A DNA stretch of 64,000 nt from Okamejei kenojei (lineage: Eukaryota): contig CM069133.1 in the NCBI GenBank assembly GCA_035221665.1, positions 79,856,001-79,920,000 of the forward strand, in the 5' to 3' direction. Of the stretch, positions 33,918-44,680 are shown in pieces. Position 1 is the stretch's first letter; the number at the start of each line of letters is the position of its first letter. The position numbers were made by a program, and so were the translations under genes. A model generated the notes under the pieces. The model made no database searches. It was not told the origin of the DNA and worked only from the letters and a program-made list of their open reading frames with translations.

Positions 33918-34743
33918 AAACAAATAAATTCATCCTTAATAAATGTGGATGTTGTGTAGGGACAGTAAGGAGGCAAAATAAGTGGAAGCAAAGATCAGGA
34001 ATCAGCACCCACATACCACCGATAGCTGAAGATGCTGGAGTAACTCAGTAACATGTGACGTTTCAGGTCAGGACCCTTCCTCGGTCTGAAAGTGAAAGGC
34101 GAGCAGGAGATAGGAAAAGGTCATTAGCTTATCTGGTGAGTTCAAAATTTAAAAAAAAAGATTGGTTATGACCAAGTATTATCCTACGTTCAATTGCACA
34201 GGATTCTGAGCAGATCACACATGGGAGGCCTAAATGTCACAGTAACAAGCTATGTTTGGAGGATTGTGGTACTTGTCTGACTCGTAATTTGGGTGATTAG
34301 AAATTAAAAACAATGCTTCATAATTGTTTTGGGCGGCTGGCCCCAAACTGCAGAGTACACAAGGAACTTACAAGCAGTTCTCAGCAGGGATTGTAATTCC
34401 TGGGGTCTGACATCATGTTCAAGTAGTACTAAATTACATTACGAAGAAAAAGACAAAAAAGCATTTTGTACTTGGCCCAACGGTGCAAAACTCTCTGTTT
34501 TAGTATGGCTCTATGGTAATTTGCATATCACTGTACCTTAATTGGTACATGTGACAATAAAAGACCTTTGAAACCTTTGATGTCTTCTCGAAGTTTGCAA
34601 GTGTCACTGTTTCTTAGTAATTTTTTTAAAATCTGTTTAAATTCAATAACCAGATATCTTTTACATTTTTTTTTTAATGTACATAATAAAGATCTATGAC
34701 TACTCCAGCTAATTTTGATTTGAAACAACCCAAGTGTGCTACA

Positions 34744-34961
34744 CAAAATGCTGGAGTAACTCAACGGGACAGGCAGCATCTCTGGAGAGAAGGAATGGGT
34801 GATGTTTCAGGTCGAGACCCTTATTCGGAGTCTAAGTCAGTCTCATCCTGAAACGTCACCCATTCCTTCTCTCCAGAGATGCTGCCTGTCCTGCTGAGTT
34901 ATTCCAGCATTTTGTGTCTACTTTCGATTTAAACCAGCATCTGCAGTTCTTTCCAAAACAG
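34744..34961. mobile_element. Palindromic PLE terminal-unit pair with an 11-bp TSD
   Basis: ~70-bp inverted arms; agtgtgctaca at 34733-34743 and 34962-34972. Confidence 0.85.
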
Positions 34962-35984
34962 AGTGTGCTACAGATCTTAACAGGATTTTAAATGGTGTAG
35001 TTACGATATTACCAGTGACTAACTGTCTTCAAGGGCCTGACATAATATAAACAGCAGGGCATAATGGCCCGAAGGGCACAACATAATATATACATAATTT
35101 TACTATACTGTGATGATTGTTCTCTTGTGGCTTTTCTCAGAGTGAGACACACAGTATGTGATTTCTGATTTAAGATGGCGAAAATGTGTGCAAGATACAC
35201 GATCTATTAAAATTTTAAAAACAACAATTTAACCCATGAAGCGCACTCTTCTCTCATCTCATCCTCGGTCAATACCGTTGTAATCTTTTCCCCATGCATT
35301 TAATATCCTAAAGGCATGCTCTGCTGCTAATCTCTGAAAGTAATGGATAAGAAAGTTGTGAAATCTTACACTCAACTAATTGTTTAAGCTACTGTACTAA
35401 CCTCTCTCGAAAAATGTAGCAGCTCTAAACAATTAACTAATAAGGATGGAGAAATATATAAGTAAATGCCGAACATCGTGACAAAGACAGCAGAGACAAC
35501 ACATTGAACCCGTTCAATTTGGAGTGGATGGGTGAATGCAAGTCCTTTGTTCAGTGTGTGTACTAGACCTCAAAAGCAAAATGAAATGCAATATCTCATG
35601 AATATTATCCCCATACAACTCTAGATTTCATTATTTTTATTGGGAATTCTGTAAGGATTGAACAATTAATTGCTCATTTTGGGCAATCTAATTTAGATAC
35701 AAATGTAATTATTTAAAGGAATGTGTTTAATGAAATGAGTTAGCAGGTAAAAACAATGATAGTAGAATACAGGCAATGTGTTTTCTTTCATTTCCTGGAT
35801 GAATGCGTTGAGCAGCTGAACATTTAAATGTGAAAACAGCCAGTAAAATGAAACATTTTGTGAAATAAAATGGTAGCATATTACGAAGGAACAGATTGAT
35901 TTCTACCCTACTTTCCTAGTGCTGAATGTCATTAGACATCATGTTTTTTTTAAATCTTGGCAGTTTTAGCATTGTGACTTTAAG

Positions 35985-36475
35985 TGAATGAATGAATAAT
36001 TAAGTTTATTGGCCAAATATGTACACATACAAGGAATTTGCCTTAGTGTTCCGCTCGCAAGTAACAACATGACATACAGTAACAATTAAGAATCACACAT
36101 AAAACATTAAACATTAATAATAAAACATTACCGTTTAAACATGTGAATGAAATAAAATACCAGAGCAAAATGAGGCTGCAGATCTTTGGTTATTGAGTAG
36201 AGCTACTAATCGTGGAAAAAAGCTGTTTTTATGTCTGGCAGCGGCAGCTTTGACGCCCAGAGTTGTCTTCCAGACGGAAGTGCTTCAAAGAGTTTGTAGC
36301 CAGGGTGAGAGGGGTCAGAGATGATCTTACCCGCTCGCTTCCTGGCTTTTGCAGTCTACAGTTCCTCAATGGGGTGAAGTTGCAGCCAACAACCTTCTCA
36401 GCTGATCAGACAATTCGTTGCAGCCTCCGGATGTCATGCTTGGTGGCTGAGCCAAACCAGACCATGATGGAGAAT
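35985..36475 (-). mobile_element. Rex1/Babar 3' fragment with (ATTC)n tail
   Basis: Minus strand 'SIMVWFGSATKHDIRRLQRIV'; 3' aataaac followed by (attc)n. Confidence 0.75.
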
Positions 36476-36670
36476 GCAAGAGAAGAGTCTGCTGTTAGGC
36501 ACAGCTAAAGTGTTGAGAGTAGTTAGGGGAACGGAGCAGCCAAATGTAACAATACAACTGTAGGAGGGCTAATTTCAGAGAGTTGAAAGGAAATCTGACC
36601 TAGGGTGGCATAAACCCATGGATCAGCAGATAAAATAGCATAGGCAGGCTGATGGATAGGAGCTGCTTTA

Positions 36671-37366
36671 AGGGCCTGTCCCACTTACATGTCCTTGGCA
36701 CGCAAATTATGCGACCTCGTCGTCGCGTTGAGGTGCACGGGCATAGTATGGCCGCGCGGGGCGGGTTCCACTGAGAAGCGCAGAGGAATGTGTAGTTGTG
36801 CGCGACATCGCGGGGGACGCCAAAATGCTTGTAACGAACTAAATCTTCGTGCGCCAATGGCCTGTTGCGTAAATGATGGCCAAAGTAGGACAGGCCCAAG
36901 ACCCTGGCGCGACGCAACGTCTCACCTGCAACAGCAGCAGAAGCAGGCAAACGATCGCCGAACTCAGCCTGGGGTTCACGGCCGTTGCGGTCTGGATCCG
37001 CCCCCACTACTACTCCCAGAGCGGGGCCAAGAAAATTGAACATAGACACAAAATGCTGGAGTAACTCAGCGGCACCGGCAGCATTTCTGGAGCGAAGCAA
37101 TGGGTGACGTTTCGGGTCAAGACCCTTCTTTCAGACTGAAGAAGAGTCTCGACCCGAAACATCACCCATTGCTTCTCTCCAGAGATGCTGCCGGTCCTGC
37201 TGAGTTTCTCCTGCATTTTGTGTTCGTCTTCAAATAATGTCATGCACTCCAGACGGCTGTGCGATCGAATGAAGTCGCGCACGACCTTCGCGGGACTGTT
37301 GCAGCTCAACGTGACCACGAGGTCGCATAATTTGCGTGCCAAGGACACGTAAGTGTGACAGGCCCT
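36671..37366. mobile_element. PIF/Harbinger-type MITE carrying a PLE palindrome
   Basis: ~60-bp TIRs agggcctgtcccacttacatgtccttggcacgcaaattatgcgacc / ...gtaagtgtgacaggccct, flanked by TTA and TAA. Confidence 0.85.
37043..37230. repeat. Palindromic PLE unit pair with hammerhead motifs on both strands
   Basis: Symmetry centre ttcagactgaa (37130-37140); motifs at 37106-37134 (-) and 37136-37163 (+). Confidence 0.85.
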
Positions 37367-38677
37367 TAAGTCACAGGCTAGATACACTCTTCGTGGAGAG
37401 AAGGAAGAGTGTTGCAAATCATAACTTCCCTGCAAGACTAAGCACACAGAAATTAGAACAAAAGTTTATTTTAAAAAAAGATAAGATAAACACCTGACAC
37501 AAAATGTATTTGAGAGCATAACTGAACACAAAAGATACAAAGAAAACTGAAAAATTAAATGAGGGGGAAACGTGTCTCTGATCGTAGATCAATGAGTTAA
37601 AATAACCAAAAGCTCTTTAGAAACACATTCAGGAGAGGAAGGTTGTTAAAGGACTGGATGCAGACCAAAATAGAGATGTTCCCATAAAATCAGAGTGCAC
37701 TAAATACAAAGCATCTGTCTCCAATATGGTGGGGTGGATGATATGGGGTTTGCTAAAAAGTTGACATACCTCAAAATACAAAAATCCTTAGTTGCTTCAG
37801 AAGACGTCGAAAGCTGCAAGGGTGAAGATGGCAGAGCAGCCAAACAGAATATTCCTCAGATGTAAGACTAGGTGGCAGAAGAAGGAAAGTTAGCAAATGT
37901 TTCAGCTCAGTTCAAAGCTAGGGAAGAGGATAAACCTGGCAATTATGGCCTAGTGAGGATGCTTTAATGAGCAATATTCAGAGTTAAGATGAATTGGGAC
38001 TTGGTAAGGTATGGATAATATATTGTATGGATAGTAAACAATATAGAGTAACAGATGTCATGGCTCTGACATTTCCATGACTTGTATTAATGACTGGTGA
38101 AGGACTTTACTTCTGTCAGTCTCTGGAAGATAAATGTCCCGAAAAGGTTCAATACAATTCTGACTTGCAGCAGCACAGCAGATATGTAAACATGGAATTC
38201 AGTAAACACCATCATAAACAACAACAAAAAGTTCAATATATTTAAACAAAAGCAATATTGTGGAAAGACAAAAAGCAAAGACCTAAGTCCCAGTGTAATC
38301 AAGTCAGTTAATTGTTTGGAGTTTGTGATGCTCAGTTTCCCGATTGTTGGGAAGAAGCTGCTGCTGAACCTGGATGTAATTAAGGCAAGCGAGAGTTCTC
38401 CAGCCTTCAGAGAGATGTGTCCAAACCCCTCTGCGGGACAAAGTGATGAAGGGAAATGCTGATGAACGACTGGGTGGGCCTCCCCTAGAGCTGGACTTTC
38501 ATTGGACATGAGCAGGCCTGAAGGAGTGACTGCATCTTCACCTACTCCATAACTGCTGGCATAACAACCCAAGCAATGTTGCGATCAAGTTTACCTGTGA
38601 AGCAAAGGTGTTCTGAACTGAATCTATTCACATTGATCCCCTCACCAATATCAAAGCAAACATGTATGCTTGGCACA

Positions 38678-38993
38678 GGGCGACACAGTAGTGCAAAGGT
38701 CGAGCCGCTGCCTCCCTGCGCCAGAGATCCGGCTTCGATCCTGACCTCGTGTGCTGCCTATGTGGAGTTTGTACATTCTCCCTGTGACCGCATGGGTTTC
38801 TTCCGGGTGCTCCAATTTCCTACCACACTACAATGGCATGCAGGTCGTGGGTTAACTGGCTTCTGTAACTTGCTCTGAGTGTGCAGGGAGTGGATGCAAA
38901 ATTGGGATAACATAGAATTAGTGTAAACAGGTGATCGTTGGCGTGGACTCGCTGGGACGAAGGGCCTGTTTCCATGCTGTATCTTTAACCTAA
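38678..38993 (+). mobile_element. tRNA-derived SINE (HE1/V-SINE-like)
   Basis: gggcgacacagtagtgcaaaggtcgagccgctgcc...ttcgatcctgacctcg...gaagggcctgtttccatgctgtatc. Confidence 0.85.
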
Positions 38994-40045
38994 AGAATAG
39001 TTGTCCTATTCTTTCACAGCACTGTATAGGGGACAGTGCAGTTCAATAATTAACAGCTGTGTTTCCATGGATGGAATGTGTAAACATTTTAAAAGTAATC
39101 TACTTATGTCTTGAAAACTGCTTTTGAAATGCACGTTTCTCGTTTTCCCACCCAGCATGAATTTAGGAGCTCCAACCAGTATGGTTTCAAATCAGGATGT
39201 GATTGATATCAATGTTACCAGCTTTGCGACTTCCTCAAATCGTTCATTGTGCTTGGGCTGCCAAACAGCAATCACGTTTTCCTCTTCCTAATGTGCTCAT
39301 TTTAAAGATTATTGTGGATAAGATTTTTCAGGGGTGTTTATGCTGTTTTTGTGAGATAATAGCGTTGGCAGACTGAAAATGGAACCATATCATTTAATGA
39401 TCCCTGGTAGTAACAAGGTAGAAAGGCATAACTAAAATAGAAATTAGGTCTGATGTCTAAATATGGGGAACATCAATTTTAAGATTCTCTTGTAAGTTCT
39501 ACGCAGACGATGGCAGAAAGATATGGCCCACGTCTGGCACAAGTATTTTCCGGCCAGGGCAAAAATTACACGAGTGCCATTAGTGATGGATAAAATCTGC
39601 ATTTGAAATTCCTCAACCTTTCCTTGAGTTGATTAATTTTAGCACTGGAGTCATTATGCAACTTTGCAATGACTCCAGGCCCCTTTACCTCGAGTAGAAA
39701 TCCTTTAATTGTTACCAGAGTAGGAAACAGTATTTTTAACAAACTTTCCTGTCATACAGTATGTAGTAATTTGTTTTCAACTGATTCTGTACTAGTAAGG
39801 TCAACGATGTAGCAATATAATAGCCTTCTGGGAACGTTATTCAACACCATACTCTGGCTCCTGAGTGGCCCCAAAAAACTGTAAGCATGCCCAAGATAGT
39901 AATGAATATTACAACATGATAGCCAGAAATTCCAAACACAGTGTGTCATGATAATTATCACTAATAAAATGACAATACCAAGGAGTATAATTTTGAAGCT
40001 GGAATCCATTCTCTTTGTATAGTTAATACAGAATGTTAAGAAACT

Positions 40046-40169
40046 TGTTTAAGAAGGAACTGCAGATGCTGGAAAATCGATGGTAGACAAAAGTGCTGGA
40101 GAAACTCAGCTGGTGCAGCAGCATCCATGGAGCGAAGGAAGTAGGCAACGTTTCGGGCCGAAACCCTTC
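40046..40169 (-). mobile_element. Short PLE terminal unit with a 10-bp TSD
   Basis: ttaagaaact at 40036-40045 and 40170-40179; 5' end lies within the hammerhead core. Confidence 0.8.
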
Positions 40170-40214
40170 TTAAGAAACTCGTCAGTTTTTTGCTACTTTT
40201 TTTATAACACTACT

Positions 40215-40432
40215 GGAGACATAAGAAACTGCAGATATTAGAATCTTGAGCAAAGCACAATGTGCGAGAGGAACTCGGCAAGTCAGGCAGCTTCTGCAGA
40301 GGGAATGGACAGACAATGCTTTGGGTCTGGACCCTGGTCTGATGAAGGGTCCCGACCCGAAACATAGTCTGTCCATTCCCTCCTCAGGTGATGCCTGACA
40401 TGCTGTGGTGCTCCAGCATTTTGTGTTTTGCT
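40215..40432. repeat. Older palindromic PLE unit pair
   Basis: Inverted arms around ggtctgatgaagggtcccgacccgaaacata (core 40339-40366). Confidence 0.75.
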
Positions 40433-40904
40433 TTTTATGAAACAACACTTCATTTTACAACACTTGCCATAGCAAAGCATGCAATTTGTCTGCCAAGTTC
40501 GCAGGACTGTTTTATTCTGCACAACTCATAAGAAAGGTCATGGAGACATGAACAGGATTTCTTCTGAGTACTTAAAAGGAGCAAAACAATGTTACCATAT
40601 TCACTCAGACTTCCAGCGGGCCTTATTGCCTGAGGAAAGCTGGATCGCTCGTGATCCATCCAAATCTTCATTCAAAACTCAATAGAATGTTAAAACTGTT
40701 GCCTGGTGTGAGTGACACTGATGGACACTTCATTTTCCATTAAAATTAATTGAAGAGCAAATATAATTGCACCTTGCCCTGCAGCATTTTCACTGAATGC
40801 CCACATTTTGAAAACCCCTCTGTTTTATTGAAAAATCTGGAAATTTTCCAGAAAAAAAGAACTTTAAGAAGCCCATAGTCAATATGCAATGTTGAATTTT
40901 TTTA

Positions 40905-42170
40905 TTTCCAAGTCATTTTTTGAGATGTAGGCACTGTTGCTAAGGCCAGCAATCAATACCCCTAATTGTCCTTAGGAAGGTGATGGTGATCCATCTTCGT
41001 GAACCTCTGAGGTCCTTCAGGTGAAAGTATTTCAACAATGTTGCTGGGTAGGGGAGTTGTAGGATTTGAATCTTGCAATGGATTTCCAGCTCAGAAGAGT
41101 GTGTGAAATTGAGAAGTACCTACTGGTCATGGTGTTTCAATGTAATTGCTGCCCTTCTCACTCTTGCCAGTAGGGTCAGGATATGGAAGGTGGTCTGAGG
41201 CAACCAAATGCCAAGGTACTTTGTAGTTGATATACACAGCAGGTATGTTCACATTTGGAGAGAGGAGGAGGAAGAGGAATATTTAGGTTGGTGAAACTCC
41301 TATAGTAATACCTTGGGAGGGGGATAAATTGGCCTTCAACAATCACAGCCATCTTCATTTGTGCAGGGTATCAGTCCAACTAGAATGGTTTTCCTCTTGA
41401 TGGCTGCGAACATGAACAAAGAATTATACACCACAGGAACAGACCATTCCACCCTTAACATCTGTGCTGACCACGATGCCAAATTAAACTAAGCCCATCC
41501 TCATGAGCACAATCCAAATCTCTCCAATCCCTGCCTGTTCACTTTTCACTGTACACATGGAAATAAACTAAACTAAAATTGATCCCACTTTCTTATACAT
41601 TCCCTGTAAACTTGGAGCAATTTTTACAGAGGCCAATTAACCTTCATGTCTTTGGGATCTGGAGAAAAACACAGCACCTGGAGGAAACCTGTGCAGCTTC
41701 AGGGAGAATTATCAAACTCCACACAGACAGCACCCAAGGTCAGGATTGAACGCAGGGCTCTGGTGCTTGTGGGGCTGCAGCTCTACCAGCTGTGCCACTG
41801 GGATGATATCTTGTTGACAGAATCAGAATGGCTGGAACCTCGGTGATGAAGGGCCTCTGTGACAATAGGGATCTCAGGAGGAATCCACTATTATCTTCTG
41901 GGAGTCTCCTCCTGGTAGCTATTTAATTGTCCATCACCACTAAATGTGGAAGGATTCCAGGGCTTCGATCAAACTCACTGGTCGTGTGCCCATTTATCCC
42001 TGCCCATTGCATACTTTTTGTGCTGTGTGAATGCTGTAGTCATGGATGGCAGCTTCGCCTGATAGTCACTTCATCTTTGAAAGCTGTGCTGGGGCTGCTT
42101 GCAGAGTCCTCTACTGTACTTCTAGGATTGCTCCCCAACCTAGATATTGAGGGTAGAATGAGGGGCATGC
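40905..42170 (-). mobile_element. Decayed LINE, probably related to 1-480, interrupted by CR1/SINE pieces
   Basis: ccctaattgtccttaggaaggtgatggtg...gggagttgtaggatttg resembles the antisense 3' end of an old chondrichthyan LINE; related pieces at ~4920-5070, ~26620-26750, ~49520-49700. Confidence 0.5.
41565..41800 (-). mobile_element. tRNA-derived SINE (HE1/V-SINE-like)
   Basis: aaactccacacagacagcacccaaggtcaggattgaac...gcagctctaccagctgtgccac. Confidence 0.8.
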
Positions 42171-42694
42171 TGATCCATAAGGTTACTACAATCAATCTGA
42201 AGAAGGGACCCGATTCGAAAGGTCATCTATTCATGTTCTCCAGAGATGCTGCCTGGCTCATTGAGTTACTCCAGCACTTTAAGTTACAGATTGTGATGGT
42301 GCACCATTCTGTGAACTGCTTAGGTGGAGGCCTGGCGTGCTCTGGAGTACAGATCTTCAGTAGTACAGTTAGGTGTGGGCTAGCCCCAAAGTCTTGGTGG
42401 ATCCAGTGCTCCCAAGCAGTTCAGTACACTTCTTCCAGCAAACCAGTTAAACTGCAGATTCACAATGCATGTCTGGCTGATTTATTGGCTTAATCAGAGT
42501 AATTAATTGCAAGTGAAGCTTTCAGGAAGACAAAAACATAGAAATTAGAATGTATGGTGCCATGTTTTTGTCCATTACTGTGTTTAATTATTATGAAATA
42601 TCAAAAACAGTGATGTGGGGATTTAGTAATTGTTCTGCAATTGTGTCATTTTTCTTGACCTCAGTTCTCCTTGCACCTGTTGTGGCATATACAG

Positions 42695-42980
42695 TGGTAT
42701 CGTAGGTTGACGTAGGTGGTCGCCAATGGAATTTACCAAAGTCAGCACCCGGCGAAAACTAACATCACCTGGCGACAACCTGCATCATCCTGGCGACAAC
42801 GTACGATAGCACCTACGACAGAAGAAGACAAGCTATGTCCTGCGGCGCCCAGAAAAACGTTACGACTGTTTAGGCAACTTGAGGAGACCACTCACGACCA
42901 TACAGGCATCACCACCGCCACCATGTGAAAACAGCCTAGTCGCCTGTAGTCGCTGAAAAAAATCGCCTAAGTGGGACAGG
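42695..42980. mobile_element. Partial Harbinger-type MITE (right end only)
   Basis: Homologous to 44070-44327; ends aaatcgcctaagtgggacagg. Confidence 0.75.
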
Positions 42981-43107
42981 GGCAGGAACAGATGCAGTGC
43001 CCCTCAACCTGCCCCACCATTCAATATAATCACAGCTGAATCAATTCTTCTGTGCTGTTTCCCCTTGGCCCTTAATTCCCACTCCCCCCCCCCCCCCCCA
43101 AATCTTG

Positions 43108-43296
43108 CAAAAACGTATCTACCTCCACTTTAAATACTTCAAATGAGCTTGTTTCAACAAATTCCTGGAGCAGAGAATTCCTAGGATTCCAACAGAGTGT
43201 AATCCTAATAATTCTAATCCTAAGAATTCTCTGCTCCAGGAATTTGTGGAAACAAGCTCATTAGAAGTATTTAAAGTGGAGGTAGATAAGTTTTTG
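43108..43296. repeat. 81-bp inverted duplication of a CR1 fragment with a 27-bp spacer
   Basis: 43108-43188 versus 43216-43296, about 4 mismatches by eye. Confidence 0.9.
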
Positions 43297-43489
43297 ATGA
43301 CTTTGAGGAGTAGTCAGTAGTTGAGGAGGATTTCTTTAATCAGAAAAAAAATGATAATTTTTTTCTACACCATTGCCATCACGTTAACATGTTTACTCTG
43401 TATACTTTGAGATGGATAAAATATGCCCCATTGAAAGCACATACCATTACAATTGGATTGGCTTTGGTGAAGTCATAATCAGCATAATC

Positions 43490-44680
43490 AACAGGCCGTT
43501 CAGCCCAACTTGTCCATGTGGATCAAGAAGCTCCTTCTTTGCTAATAACATGTGCCCTCACTTGACCTAAATCCTAATTTTTCCTAACCATGTATATGTC
43601 CAAGTATTTTTAAACGTTGTTATTGTACCTGTCTGAACCATTTCCTCTGACAGCTTGTTCCATGTACTCCCGCCTACTGTGTGAAAAAGCGGCTCCTCCG
43701 GATTCATTTAAATGTTTCCCCTCACCTTAAACCTATGCCCTCTAGTTCTTGATCCCCTTACCCTGGGAAAAAGATTATGCATTCAACCTATCTATTCCAC
43801 TCATGATTTTATACACCTCTGTAAGTTCACCACTCAAGGGCCTGTCCCACATATGTCTACAACAAGCTACAACAACTTGCCACCTAGTCGGCGTCAAGCT
43901 ATGGCAAGTTACCGGCAACCGGCGACCCATTAGGACGTCCACCTAAGACCACGCCTACGACAACCCACGACCACACTGGCGACAACCATCGACAACTGAA
44001 AACAACCTACATTGACAAGCTACGACAAGCTACATCGACAAGCTACAAGCTGAAGACAATTCAGTCGCCGGTTGACGTAGGTGGTCGCCTATGGAATTCG
44101 CCGAAGTCAGGAGAAATCAAGCTACGCTCATTGGCATCAACCCATTGTCGCTGACTGTCGGCGAAAATATTTGAATATGTTGAAAATCCAACGGCGACCA
44201 GAAAGACGCTACGACTCTTTGGGCGACTGAGGAGACTACTCACGACCATACAGGCGACACCCTGGCGACCATGTGGCGACAGCCTAGTCGCCTGTAGTCG
44301 CCTAAAAAATAGCCTAAGTGGGACAGGCCCTTCATCCTCCTGAAAGCAAACAAATAACCCCCTTACCCTGCTCAACCTCTCCCTACAGGCCAGGTCCTCG
44401 CAACATCATCTTATATCTGGAAGAACCGAGTGAGACAGGCAGCATCTGTGAAGGAAATAGATAGGCGAGACTTTGGGTCAGGACCCTTCTTCAGAAGCTG
44501 CCTGACCCATTGAGCTCCTCCAGTATTGTGGGTTTTGATTAGGAGTCCAGTATCTGCAATTTCTTGTGTCTTTCGAAATCTTCTCTGCATTCTTTCCAGC
44601 TTAATGGCATCTTTCTTACTGCAGGGGTGTCCAAAACTGAACACGATACTCCAAGTGCTGCCCACCAGCAATGTGTGCAA
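43490..44680 (-). mobile_element. CR1 fragment interrupted by a MITE and a PLE palindrome
   Basis: ccctcaccttaaacctatgccctctagttcttga...; resumes tcatcctcc at 44332 and aatcttctctgcattc...ccaaaactgaacacgatactcc. Confidence 0.7.
43837..44331. mobile_element. PIF/Harbinger-type MITE with a TCA TSD
   Basis: agggcctgtcccac / gtgggacaggccct with TCA at 43834-43836 and 44332-44334; interior rich in cgac/acaagct repeats. Confidence 0.88.

Noticed and set aside
43850-44060. CRISPR-like or coding repeat array (cgacaa/acaagct units)
   Set aside because: Irregular short subterminal repeats inside a MITE; no constant repeat-spacer period, no cas genes, eukaryotic context.
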